NCBI GenBank assembly: GCA_040755855.1
Contig: JBFMAD010000001.1
Span: forward strand, 320,001 to 384,000
From: Planctomycetota bacterium
Lineage (GTDB): Bacteria > Planctomycetota > Brocadiia > JAADGH01
Length of the DNA stretch: 64,000 nt
Reading direction: 5' to 3'
The notes beneath the pieces are model-generated. The model was not told where the DNA came from. It worked only from the letters and a program-made list of their open reading frames with translations, and did no database searches. This document shows positions 9,382 through 18,682 of the stretch, piece after piece; positions within the stretch are counted from its first letter, which is position 1, and each line of letters starts with the position of its first letter. The position numbers and the translations under genes are program-made.

Positions 9382-12092
9382 GCCGAGACGACACGAACGA
9401 TGTCCGCATCGGCGACCCGAGCGTCTCGGGCCGGCACTGTCGCATCGAACGCACCGACCAGGGGTACACGGTGGTGGACCTTGGGGGGAAGAACGGCACG
9501 CGCGTCAACGGACGCAAGATCAAGGAGCATAACCTCGAACCGCAGGACAAGATCGAGATCGGTCGCACCGCCATTTACTTCGAGCGCAAGCCCGCTCCCT
9601 TGGAGTGTTGCGTCCAGGTCCTAAACGGAACTCAGAAGGGCAAGCTGTTCGATCTGAAGGACGATATCTCGACCCTGGGCCGCAACGAGTCGTGCGCCTG
9701 CATCCTCCAGGAGGACTCGGTCTCTAACTTCCATGCGGCGATTGAGCGGAGCGGCAGCAGCTTCGTCATTCGCGACCTGCATTCCCGAAACGGCACGTTC
9801 GTGGACGGCGCGCAGCTCGGCGAGCGGCCGGTGGTCCTCCAGGACGCCGCGCAGCTTCAGCTCGGCAACAGCAAGATGGTATTCTATGAGCTCGTCCCCG
9901 TGGCGGGCGTCGAACCTCCGCCGAGTCAGCGGGCCGCTCAACAACCCGCCGCAGCCGCTCCGGCGCAAAAGGCCGCCGGGGCCGCCCGAGTGGCGGCGCC
10001 CCAGGTACCGACCGCACCCGCCGCGGAGGCGCTCGCCACGTCGGGGGAGATCAGGCGGGAACTGCTCCTGCGGCCGAGGAGACGCAGCCGCATTGTAAGC
10101 ATCCTCGGCGTATTGGTGGTGATCGGCTTTATCGTGGGCATTGTCTATGCGGTACGAAACATGGACCTCGGAAGCATAATGACCACCGGTCCCACCACCA
10201 AGGGCAATGGAGACCTACTCGATGGGTATGGGACCTTCGGCGGCGAAGGCGGCGCGGAGAAGCAGAAGCACTGGAAGTTTGAGGGGGAAAACGTGAAGGG
10301 CTGGAAGGTGGAGAATGGGGCGCTTGTCGCCCCGGCAACAAAGGGACCTGCGGTGTCCAACGCCGTTTGCGACAAGACGGTCCCCGTGGATCAGGCCAAG
10401 GTGTATGGACTGCGGTGCAAGCTCCGCTCTGAAGGCGAACACGGCCTGAACGGTTTGAAGATTGTCTGGACGAACAAGTCCGATCCCGGATATTTCTTTG
10501 AGTCGTTCTCGAACCTTGCCGCCGGGAAGGCGGACGTGCACGAGATCAAAGATGTCCTCTATCCGCCGGCGCAGGCGGGGGAGCTCCGCGTGGCGTGTGT
10601 GACTATCGGCAATCCCGCCCCGGTGTCGTTCCACTCCGTGGAACTTGTGCCGAATCCCCGCCCGGGCTACGCGGGGCCGGAAGGCGGAGGGGCGCGCGGC
10701 ATGGGGGTGGAACTCGGCGAGCGGGGCATGGTGACCATCATCCGACCGGGAGGGGTGGTCGTCTGGGGCGTGCAACTCTGCCTCGTGACGAAACAGGACG
10801 CGGAGATATGGCAGAAGTATTGCACGCTGCATGAGCGGCAGCCGCAGGAATACAGCAGCACGCTGATGGACCCCATGACGCTCACCCCAATAGACTTCCA
10901 TGTGATCGTCCAGGCCGATAAGGCCGCCGGCGGGGTGGTGATCCGCCACACAATCCGGGCCAAACAGAAGTTGGACATGAAATCCATCGGCCTCGCGTTC
11001 ATGATTCGGAAGAGCGACATCCCGCACGGCGTGCTGGTGGGGCAGGACCTCGGCGCGTTCATCAAGGATGGAGAGTTCGAGGCATCGAACGTGAGCGAGG
11101 CCGTCTTTGGCCACGGCGACCGGCGCATCGTGGCGCAGTCCGGCGCGCCGTCGGTGAATCTGACGCGAAAGGACATCGGCGAGACGGCGCAGATTATTTT
11201 CTGGATGCCGATCGAGGTGCTGGAGGAAAACATGGAGGCGCCGGTAGAGTTCTACTTCAAGATGTCCTCGGTTCTGGCGGACGGCGAGGTGGAGAAGCTG
11301 AAGCGCGCCGCTGAGGCGTCGGTGTTGGCGAACGAGATCGGCGACGCCCTGCGGCATCTCACGGCTATCGTGGAGAATCCTTACTACCCCGAGAAGGACC
11401 GAAAGGAGGCGGAAAAGAAGGCCAAGGAACTTCAGAAGAAGGCTGACGCCCTCTTTGCCGAGACGGAGAAGGCCATCGAGAAGTTCGTCGCCGAGCCGAA
11501 GGACGCCAACGAGGAGATGGCCCGGGCGAAGTTGAAGGAGCTGAAGATCGCCCTGGCCGAGGAGCGTTTGGAGGGGGGGGAAGGCGGGGTGGTGTTCGTG
11601 ATCGTGTCTCTGTTTAAGGACCGGGTGGACGCGCTTACGGCGAAGCTGGACGCGAGAAAGAACGAGGAGCAGGCCAAGGCAGAGGAGGATGTGAAGAAGC
11701 TGCTCGCGAGCGCGGAGAAGTTCGAGGCGGCGGAGCAGTGGATGATCGCCCGGGTCTTCTATGACAACGTGATCAAGAAGGCCCCGAACAGCGAGGAGGC
11801 CAAGGAGGCCCGGAAGCGAATTGACGGCCTTGCCAAGAAGCAGGCGAAGGTGCAGGAACGCAACAAAGATGTTGACCGCAAGCTGACCGCAGCGAGAAAC
11901 TACGAGCGAAACAAGATGATTGACCGAGCGGCCAAGACGCTGGTCGAGATCATCGAGAAGTATCCCGACGCCCCCGGCGCGAAAGAGGCGATCCCCCAGC
12001 TGGAGAAGATCGTGAAGAAGTACCCCGACGAGCCGGGCGTATCAGAGGCAAAGAAGCTCCTCGATAAGGTGAAGGAGAAAGCGAAGAAATAG
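9309..12092 (+). CDS. Double-FHA membrane protein with extracytoplasmic beta domains and C-terminal TPR-like helices
   Basis: Two FHA motifs (IGR...SGRH...NGT; LGR...SNFH...SRNGT), Ala/Pro linker, one TM helix, helical tail with IIEKYPD repeats; ATG 9309 after AGGAGAAAAGGA. Confidence 0.8.
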   Translation: MPKIIIQIDGDEQTVELKRAVTSIGRDDTNDVRIGDPSVSGRHCRIERTDQGYTVVDLGGKNGTRVNGRKIKEHNLEPQDKIEIGRTAIYFERKPAPLECCVQVLNGTQKGKLFDLKDDISTLGRNESCACILQEDSVSNFHAAIERSGSSFVIRDLHSRNGTFVDGAQLGERPVVLQDAAQLQLGNSKMVFYELVPVAGVEPPPSQRAAQQPAAAAPAQKAAGAARVAAPQVPTAPAAEALATSGEIRRELLLRPRRRSRIVSILGVLVVIGFIVGIVYAVRNMDLGSIMTTGPTTKGNGDLLDGYGTFGGEGGAEKQKHWKFEGENVKGWKVENGALVAPATKGPAVSNAVCDKTVPVDQAKVYGLRCKLRSEGEHGLNGLKIVWTNKSDPGYFFESFSNLAAGKADVHEIKDVLYPPAQAGELRVACVTIGNPAPVSFHSVELVPNPRPGYAGPEGGGARGMGVELGERGMVTIIRPGGVVVWGVQLCLVTKQDAEIWQKYCTLHERQPQEYSSTLMDPMTLTPIDFHVIVQADKAAGGVVIRHTIRAKQKLDMKSIGLAFMIRKSDIPHGVLVGQDLGAFIKDGEFEASNVSEAVFGHGDRRIVAQSGAPSVNLTRKDIGETAQIIFWMPIEVLEENMEAPVEFYFKMSSVLADGEVEKLKRAAEASVLANEIGDALRHLTAIVENPYYPEKDRKEAEKKAKELQKKADALFAETEKAIEKFVAEPKDANEEMARAKLKELKIALAEERLEGGEGGVVFVIVSLFKDRVDALTAKLDARKNEEQAKAEEDVKKLLASAEKFEAAEQWMIARVFYDNVIKKAPNSEEAKEARKRIDGLAKKQAKVQERNKDVDRKLTAARNYERNKMIDRAAKTLVEIIEKYPDAPGAKEAIPQLEKIVKKYPDEPGVSEAKKLLDKVKEKAKK

Positions 12093-12114
12093 TCGCTTTC
12101 ATGAAAGGATTGCT

Positions 12115-12597
12115 ATGATCCAGTCCATCCTGGCAAGACGCGGCAAACTTCTTTTCAAAATCATAATCGTCCTGGCTGTGCTCGCCATCCCTGCCTTGCT
12201 GCTCCTCAAGAGGGCCGACATGATCGAGATCGGCGGCCCCACCTTCATTAAGGTCAAGTGGTACCAGAGCCTGAACAAGGACGAGAAGATCCGTCGAGCC
12301 GAGGTGTGGTACAAGTTGGGGTCCTATCGGAACACCTTCGAGATCTACACCGAGTTGCTATTCGGCGTAAAAGCCTCGGAGATGCGGCGCTTTGACTATG
12401 GACAACTCCCGATTGTGGATATGGACATGCAGTATGTTGACCTCATCTACTACCGGTGGTGCATCTGCCTCTCCAAGCTGAACAAACGCACCGAGGGAAT
12501 GAACGCCTGCGAGCAGTTTCTGGATACCTTCCGTGAAAGCAAGTACAAGGATGCCGTGGAGAAATTGCAGAAAGAGCTGATCAGCCGCCAGCTGTGA
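12115..12597 (+). CDS. Hypothetical membrane-anchored TPR-like protein
   Basis: N-terminal hydrophobic helix; C-terminal FLDTFRESKY resembling TPR/BamD-type helices. Confidence 0.6.
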   Translation: MIQSILARRGKLLFKIIIVLAVLAIPALLLLKRADMIEIGGPTFIKVKWYQSLNKDEKIRRAEVWYKLGSYRNTFEIYTELLFGVKASEMRRFDYGQLPIVDMDMQYVDLIYYRWCICLSKLNKRTEGMNACEQFLDTFRESKYKDAVEKLQKELISRQL

Positions 12598-12624
12598 TCC
12601 GCCTTCACAGGCAGGGAAAGGAAC

Positions 12625-13110
12625 ATGACTCCGAAGCTGAAGATCGCCGCGATTGTCGCCGCCGCCATCCTCATCTATCTCCTCGCCGAATTCCTGATTG
12701 TCACCGACCGCGAGCGCCTCGAAACGACGATCAATGATCTCCACCGCGTCGTCGAAAAGGCCGACGCCGACAAGGCGATCGCATTCATCGCCCCCGACTA
12801 CCATTTTCAAGACAAGAGCAGGGATGAGCTTCTTGAGTTCGGTCAAAGGATGTTCAAGCTGACCGGCCCGATGAAAATCAAGATTCTCGAGGAGAAACTC
12901 AACGTCAACGGCTCGCTCGCCGTCTATGAAAGCAGCATCCTTGCCGCGCTCTCCAACCCCGGCGGCGACGTGCCCTATGCCGGCGGCCAGGTCCCTTCCC
13001 AGTGGCGGCTCTCGTTCAAGAAGGAAGGCGACAAGTGGCTCATCTACCAGGTGGAGCCGATCTCGCTGTTCAACCAGCCTGTCCGCACGCTGGATGCGCT
13101 GATTCGATGA
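12625..13110 (+). CDS. NTF2/SnoaL-like fold membrane-anchored protein
   Basis: N-terminal TM; FIAPDY and FKKEGDKWLI patterns. Confidence 0.55.
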   Translation: MTPKLKIAAIVAAAILIYLLAEFLIVTDRERLETTINDLHRVVEKADADKAIAFIAPDYHFQDKSRDELLEFGQRMFKLTGPMKIKILEEKLNVNGSLAVYESSILAALSNPGGDVPYAGGQVPSQWRLSFKKEGDKWLIYQVEPISLFNQPVRTLDALIR

Positions 13111-13601
13111 GGATCGAGGTAATCGAAGGAAGCATCCTCGACGTTGATGTGGACGCTATCGTCAACCCCGCCAACTCCGCGGGCCGCATGGGCGGAGGAG
13201 TTGCCAGGGCCATCAAAAAGGCCGGCGGGGATGACATCGAAAGGGAGGCCGTGGCCAAAGCGCCCATCGCCGTCGGCGAATCTGTGCTCACCACCGGTGG
13301 GCGGCTCAAGGTCTGCCACGTCATCCACGCACCCACCATGGTCAAACCCGCCGAGCGGACAAACGTCCAGAAGGTGCGCGCCGCCACCGAATCGGCCCTC
13401 CGATGCGCGGATGAAGCCGGCCTGGAGAGCATCGCCTTCCCCGGCATGGGAACCGGCGTCGGCCGGGTGGATCCCAAAGACGCGGCGCAGTGCATGGTTG
13501 AGGCAATCCGCACATTCAAGGGCGATTCCCTCAAAAAGGTGGTCCTTGTGGACATGAATCCCGAGATGGCAGAGGCGTTTCGCCGGGCTGCCGAGACGTG
13601 A
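13107..13601 (+). CDS. Macro domain protein (ADP-ribose binding / O-acetyl-ADP-ribose deacetylase)
   Basis: DAIVNPAN...MGGGVA, VIHAPT and SIAFPGMGTGVG motifs; ATGA overlap with the upstream gene. Confidence 0.93.
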   Translation: MRIEVIEGSILDVDVDAIVNPANSAGRMGGGVARAIKKAGGDDIEREAVAKAPIAVGESVLTTGGRLKVCHVIHAPTMVKPAERTNVQKVRAATESALRCADEAGLESIAFPGMGTGVGRVDPKDAAQCMVEAIRTFKGDSLKKVVLVDMNPEMAEAFRRAAET

Positions 13602-13604
13602 TCC

Positions 13605-14276
13605 TTAGTCAATGATGTGGAGTTCGTTGCCGAGTTCGTTCACGTCGCCGGGGGCGATGGGGAAGTGCTCGGAGAGCAGCTCGCCGCAGCGCTTGATGGC
13701 GTTGCAGATGCCCTCCGTCGGCTTGCCTTTTTTCAGGCCCGCGATCACAAGATCTTTCACTTCATTCCATTGTTTCTGATCGAGCTTTCCGGCAATGGGA
13801 TCATCGCCGATGACGGCCGCGCGCCGTTCGAAGAGGGATACATAGATGAGGATCCCCGTGCCGCCCTTCGTCCCGCGAACGCGAAACTCCGTGAAGGCGA
13901 GCCGCGCGCTCCGCATCACTTCCTCGTTCAGCTCTCGCCGGCCAACGAATGGCCGGGCAAGGATGGGAACGTAGGTTGCCAGGGCAGCCCCGGCGACGAA
14001 GGTGATGAAGAACAGGACCAGCGTGTGCCACACACTGACGGCTATCGGCTGCCCCCAATCCCCCGGCAGCGTGGGCAGGCGGAAGATGAGACCGAACACG
14101 GCGACAGCGGCCAGCGCCAGCAGCAGGCCGAAGATGTCCTCCGCCCGATCGTACCGCCCGGACATCGTGGCCACGACGGGGACGATCTCACCGCTGGTCT
14201 TCTTTTCCGCCTCCGCGACCGCCTCGGAGATGTTCTGCTTGTCTTCGTCAGAGAAAAGTCTCGACGCTCGTATCAT
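13605..14276 (-). CDS. TPM-domain membrane protein
   Basis: AEKKTSGEIV, GILIYVSLFERRAAVIGD and HFP...NEL motifs; AGGAG 8 nt upstream of ATG 14276. Confidence 0.85.
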   Translation of the reverse strand: MIRASRLFSDEDKQNISEAVAEAEKKTSGEIVPVVATMSGRYDRAEDIFGLLLALAAVAVFGLIFRLPTLPGDWGQPIAVSVWHTLVLFFITFVAGAALATYVPILARPFVGRRELNEEVMRSARLAFTEFRVRGTKGGTGILIYVSLFERRAAVIGDDPIAGKLDQKQWNEVKDLVIAGLKKGKPTEGICNAIKRCGELLSEHFPIAPGDVNELGNELHIID

Positions 14277-14314
14277 CTGCATATCTCCTGCGCTGGAAAC
14301 GCCCAGCAATATGA

Positions 14315-14347
14315 GACCTCCCGGAGGGCCCAGACCTCCGGGAGGTC
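14315..14347. repeat. REP-like palindrome, family 1, copy B
   Basis: GACCTCCCGGAGG-gcccaga-CCTCCGGGAGGTC, intergenic. Confidence 0.8.
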
Positions 14348-14422
14348 GGGTTTGCCGTGTGCCACGCCCAAGGCCGCGCCTTCGCGGGCTTGAGCGTGTT
14401 CTCCCACAGCACGAGTGGTATA

Positions 14423-15202
14423 TCACCACGATCCCGTGGCGCCGCCGCCCCCGGAGAAGCCGCCGCCGAACGATCCCCCGCCGAATCCGCCGCGGCGCGA
14501 GCTCGACCGAAGCATCTGGTAAAGGATCACCCCGATGACGGTAAACACGACGCCCCAGAACACCCAGGCCCACCCCGATGCGCCGCTCTGTACCAGTGAC
14601 ACTACGGTGAAGATCGCCAACGCCACGGCGCCGATGACGAGCGCGTAGTGCCACCAGGGCCGGGCGCGGTGGGGGATCTTCAGCTCGCGCGCCATTGCGT
14701 CCAAGCCCTTCACCCCGGCGACAATCCCCGTCGAAAAGTTCCCCGCCTTGAACTCCGGGATGATCAGGTTGTCCATGATCCTCTGGCACTCGGCGTCCTT
14801 CTGGTGCGCCCAGTCCTTCCCCAGCTCGATGCGCACCTTCCGGTCGCCGGTTGAGACGAGCAACAAAATGCCGTGGTTCCATTCCTTAAAGCCGATGCCC
14901 CAGGAGTTGAACAGGTTCTGGGCATAGACCATGATGTCCCATCCCGCAGCGCCGTACTTGGCCATGGATGGGATCGTGACAATGATGATCGGGACGGCTT
15001 TTTCCGTCAGGAGTTTGTCGCAAATATCCTTGATATTGGCGGCGTCCTCGGGATTGATAAGGCCGGACTCATCAACAATGAAGTCCCGCTCCCCAGGCTG
15101 CGGGGGATAGGTAAGCTGCTGCGCCTCCATGCCCGCCGACAGCACGGCGAGCAAAAACATGGCCAATAAGGTCGCCGGAGTCCGCTTCATCACTCGCTCC
15201 AT
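14423..15202 (-). CDS. TPM-domain protein (YgcG-like) with Gly-rich tail
   Basis: Signal peptide, WGIG...GILLLVS..DRKVRIE, C-terminal GGFGGGSFGGGFSGGGGATGSW. Confidence 0.9.
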   Translation of the reverse strand: MERVMKRTPATLLAMFLLAVLSAGMEAQQLTYPPQPGERDFIVDESGLINPEDAANIKDICDKLLTEKAVPIIIVTIPSMAKYGAAGWDIMVYAQNLFNSWGIGFKEWNHGILLLVSTGDRKVRIELGKDWAHQKDAECQRIMDNLIIPEFKAGNFSTGIVAGVKGLDAMARELKIPHRARPWWHYALVIGAVALAIFTVVSLVQSGASGWAWVFWGVVFTVIGVILYQMLRSSSRRGGFGGGSFGGGFSGGGGATGSW

Positions 15203-15217
15203 TTCGTTATCGGATGT

Positions 15218-16150
15218 TTACTTGCCCTCGTGCGTCCGATGATACTCCACGGTCAGGCGCAGGCCCTCGTCGAGATTGACCCTCGGCGTCCAGCCAAGTT
15301 CTTTCTTCGCCTTTGCGGCGTCGAGATAAATCCTGAACGTCTCGCCCAGCTTGGCCGGGCCGTGGATGGGATTCTTCCTATAGCCCGTCGCAGCCTTCAG
15401 CTTCTCGAACAGCGTGTTGACCGACGTGCCGATCCCCGTCCCCAGGTTGTAAATCTGGCCGTTGCCGGTTTCCGGTTCGAGGACCAAAAGGTTCGCTTCG
15501 GCCACATCGCCCACGTAGAGGTAGTCTCGCTCCTGTTCTCCCGTGCCGTTGATGGTCACGTCCTCGCCGCGAAGCATTCGTCCCGTGAAGATGGCCACCA
15601 CCCCGGCCTCGCCGTGAGGGTCCTGCCGCGGGCCGTAAACATTCGGATAGCGCAGGACGGTGTAGTTCAACCCGTAGTTCTGGCGATACATGAAGAGGTA
15701 ATGCTCCGGCGCGTGCTTGCTTGCTCCATAGGGGCAGAGGGGGTTCACCGGGTGCTTCTCGTCGCACGGCAGATATTCCGGCTCGCCATAGACCGCCCCG
15801 CCGGTGGAGACATAGATGAACTTGGCGACCCCGTACCGCCGGGCGTACTCGATGAGCCGGATGGAACCGAGTATGTTGATCTCCGCGTCGTGGAGCGGCC
15901 GCTCCACCGATTCGCGGACGTAGATATGCGCCGCATGGTGGATGATGCAGTCGGGCCGATGTTCCTTGACGACGCCCTCCAATGCGGGGGCGCGGATGTC
16001 CATCTTGTGGAAGACGGCCTTGGGGTTGACGTTTTTTTCCTTGCCGCTCGAAAGATCGTCAATGATGACGACTTCATGGCCGTTAGCCATAAGCAGATCG
16101 GCCACATTTGAAGCGATGAACCCGGCAGCGCCGGTTGCGAGTATCTTCAT
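15218..16150 (-). CDS. galE: NAD-dependent epimerase (UDP-glucose 4-epimerase-like)
   Basis: TGAAGFIA, STGGAVYG, YGASK and LRYPNVYGPRQ motifs. Confidence 0.8.
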   Translation of the reverse strand: MKILATGAAGFIASNVADLLMANGHEVVIIDDLSSGKEKNVNPKAVFHKMDIRAPALEGVVKEHRPDCIIHHAAHIYVRESVERPLHDAEINILGSIRLIEYARRYGVAKFIYVSTGGAVYGEPEYLPCDEKHPVNPLCPYGASKHAPEHYLFMYRQNYGLNYTVLRYPNVYGPRQDPHGEAGVVAIFTGRMLRGEDVTINGTGEQERDYLYVGDVAEANLLVLEPETGNGQIYNLGTGIGTSVNTLFEKLKAATGYRKNPIHGPAKLGETFRIYLDAAKAKKELGWTPRVNLDEGLRLTVEYHRTHEGK

Positions 16151-16191
16151 GCCTGTCCTCGGGAGATATGGTTCGACAACACTGCAGGGCC

Positions 16192-16221
16192 ACTATAACA
16201 GAAAGTGCAAGGGGACTGCAA
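16192..16221 (-). promoter_or_regulatory. Putative sigma70 promoter for galE-TPM operon
   Basis: TTGCAG-18nt-TATAGT with extended TG. Confidence 0.45.
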
Positions 16222-16305
16222 TAAGGGGGCGCCTGCAATTTTTCACGCCTTTTGAGGTATTGCACGGACGGGTCTCGCCTGCGGGGTCGCTTGTCCGGGA
16301 CCCCA

Positions 16306-16947
16306 TCACGATTTACCCGACCCAACTGCCGGACGGTTCACCCAGGCCGCCTCCGCCACCCGATTAGCCAAGCCAGCCAGGGCATCCTTGTCGCGGACGA
16401 GATCAACCGTCTCCGTGTCCACCGCAATCAATGGGGTCCGGTCATACGACGCAAAAAATCCATTATAAGCGGCGACAACCTTGGTTAGATACCCCTCGCT
16501 CATGTTTCTTTCATACTCTCGGCCGCGCTCCTTGACTCGCCTCATCAGCGTCTCCACGCCGGCGCGAAGATAGATCACCGCGTCGGCGCGAACATTCGGG
16601 GGAGAGAGTTCTCGGCACACGTCCTGATAGAGATGATACTGCCTCGGATTGAGCACAAGGCGCGCAAAGAGGTCGTCCTTGGCGAACATGTAGTCGCTCA
16701 CCACCATCCCCTCTTTCCTGTGGGCCAGGATCGCCCTTTGCTGATCCGAACGCTGAATCAGGAAATAGAGCTGCAGATGGAAGGCATTCTTCTCCGGACA
16801 TTCATAGAATGGGGCAAGTAGAGGATTGTCCTCCACCCGTTCATATACAAACGCCGCCTCCCACCGCTCGGCAAGTCGCTTCGCCACGGTTGTCTTGCCT
16901 GCGCCGATGGGACCCTCCACCGCCACGTAATACCCTTCCTTCGACAT
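16306..16947 (-). CDS. Deoxynucleoside kinase
   Basis: EGPIGAGKTT P-loop, LQLYFL, DYMFAKD..F and RGREYE motifs. Confidence 0.9.
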   Translation of the reverse strand: MSKEGYYVAVEGPIGAGKTTVAKRLAERWEAAFVYERVEDNPLLAPFYECPEKNAFHLQLYFLIQRSDQQRAILAHRKEGMVVSDYMFAKDDLFARLVLNPRQYHLYQDVCRELSPPNVRADAVIYLRAGVETLMRRVKERGREYERNMSEGYLTKVVAAYNGFFASYDRTPLIAVDTETVDLVRDKDALAGLANRVAEAAWVNRPAVGSGKS

Positions 16948-16995
16948 CAACCTGCGCTCCTCATCCAGCTTCCACTTCCTTTCCTTATCCTACAT

Positions 16996-17472
16996 CTACC
17001 GTGATTCCACGTCATCCAATCCCCCCAAGAGCTCCGAAACGGTCTTCCCAAACACAGGATGGACCGCCCCCGGTGCGATCTCGTTCAACGGCCCCAGCAC
17101 AAACCTCCGCTCGTGCATCAGCGGGTGCGGCACGGTCAGCCGTTCCGTCTGAATCACCACATCCCCATAGAGGAGGATGTCCAAGTCAACCGTCCGCGGC
17201 CCCCACTTCACCGTTCGCTCTCGCCCCAGGTTACGCTCGATGGCCTGGAGCCGGTCGAGCAGCTCCTCCGGGGCCAGGGCCGTTCGCACCTCCGCCGCCG
17301 CGTTCAGGAACTTCCCCTGCGGCGGCCCGCCCACGGGGGCGGTCTCGTGAAAACTCGATACCTTCGTGACCTCGATGCCCCCGCTCTCCCGCAGCAGCGC
17401 CAGCGCGCCCCGCAGATTCTCCTCCCGATCCCCCACGTTCGACCCCAGGCCGATGTAGCAGACCACCGCCAT
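16996..17472 (-). CDS. folK: 2-amino-4-hydroxy-6-hydroxymethyldihydropteridine diphosphokinase
   Basis: IGLGSNVGD, FLNAA, KWGPRTVDLDIL and PHPLMHERRFVL motifs. Confidence 0.95.
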   Translation of the reverse strand: MAVVCYIGLGSNVGDREENLRGALALLRESGGIEVTKVSSFHETAPVGGPPQGKFLNAAAEVRTALAPEELLDRLQAIERNLGRERTVKWGPRTVDLDILLYGDVVIQTERLTVPHPLMHERRFVLGPLNEIAPGAVHPVFGKTVSELLGGLDDVESR

Positions 17473-17475
17473 CGC

Positions 17476-18516
17476 TCACTCGAACACGGTCTTGATCATC
17501 GCCCGATAGTTCTCCACCGGCACGTAGCTCGTTACGGAGTTTGAGGATCCCAGGCAGTAGCCGCCGTCGTAGGCCAGGTCGCGGATGTTGTCGAGCGCGA
17601 TCTGCCGCACCTCATCCGGCGTCCCTCGCGACAGACGGTCCACCTCCACATTGCCCAGCAGGCAGAGATCGCCCGCCACCATCTTCTTCAGCTCGCGGCT
17701 GTCCATCGCCTTCGGCTCGATCGGGTGCAGCGCGTTGAACCCCACCCCGATCAGGTCCTCCAGCACGTCGAACAGCCTCCCGTCGGAATGATAGATGAAG
17801 GGCAGATCCTTCTCCCGGCACAGCGCCCCCATCTTCCGATACCACGGGAAGACGTACCGCCGCAGCACCTCCGGCTTCACCATCAGTCCCGTGCCGAAGG
17901 CGATGTCGTCCGACATCCACGCCGCCCCCACGCGCTCGCACTCCAGCGCCCGCGCCAGGGCGCCGTACTGCAGCTCGCCGATCCTCTGGAAGAGCGGCTC
18001 CAACAGGTCCGACCCCTCCACCGTCGCCATCGCAAAGGTCTCGAACCCCATCAGCATCCACGCCGCCGTGAAGACCTTGCCGAGGATCGCGATGATCTTC
18101 ACCTCCTCGGGGAGCAGGGCGGACAGATCGTCGAGGATCGAGAAGTCCATCGTGTCCACCTTCGGCCAACGGAACCGCTCGAATTCCTCCAGGCTCGTCA
18201 CCACCCCCTTGTGCTCGGCGGCCCAGTTCATCTCCACGTCTTCCTCGGAATAGACGCTGTAGCTGCCCTTCTTCACCGTCGTCGCATCGCCGGAGAAGAC
18301 GCCGCCCACCTGGATCAGACCGAGCTCGGCCGGGACGTAGTCGTATCCCGCCTTCATCCAGAAGTCCACCCGATCCTTCGCCGACGCGATGGGCCGGCCC
18401 AGGTAGGCCGCCTGGACCTGCGGGTTCACGTGCAGCTCGATGAGGGGCACGCGATCCGGCGCGCCCTCGAGCATGAGGGCGCTGCGCAGGCGTCGGAAGT
18501 CATTTCGTTTAAACAT
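17476..18516 (-). CDS. Uroporphyrinogen decarboxylase (URO-D/MtaA-like) family protein
   Basis: PDRVP, SDDIA, YHSDG, GNVEV and GGYCLGSSNS..VPVENY motifs; AGGAG RBS before MFKRN. Confidence 0.85.
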   Translation of the reverse strand: MFKRNDFRRLRSALMLEGAPDRVPLIELHVNPQVQAAYLGRPIASAKDRVDFWMKAGYDYVPAELGLIQVGGVFSGDATTVKKGSYSVYSEEDVEMNWAAEHKGVVTSLEEFERFRWPKVDTMDFSILDDLSALLPEEVKIIAILGKVFTAAWMLMGFETFAMATVEGSDLLEPLFQRIGELQYGALARALECERVGAAWMSDDIAFGTGLMVKPEVLRRYVFPWYRKMGALCREKDLPFIYHSDGRLFDVLEDLIGVGFNALHPIEPKAMDSRELKKMVAGDLCLLGNVEVDRLSRGTPDEVRQIALDNIRDLAYDGGYCLGSSNSVTSYVPVENYRAMIKTVFE

Positions 18517-18682
18517 GGCTCTCCTCGACTTGCATGGAAGGGACCAGGGCATGTATACAATACGTCCGTGCAAGATGTCAAGCGCAATCGAACGGGAGCG
18601 GCCGCTCCCCAAAACACCGGGGCGTGATCCAGAATCTCGGAACCACGCCCCGGCGGCAAAATCCTCGGATGTCTCCGGCCTT

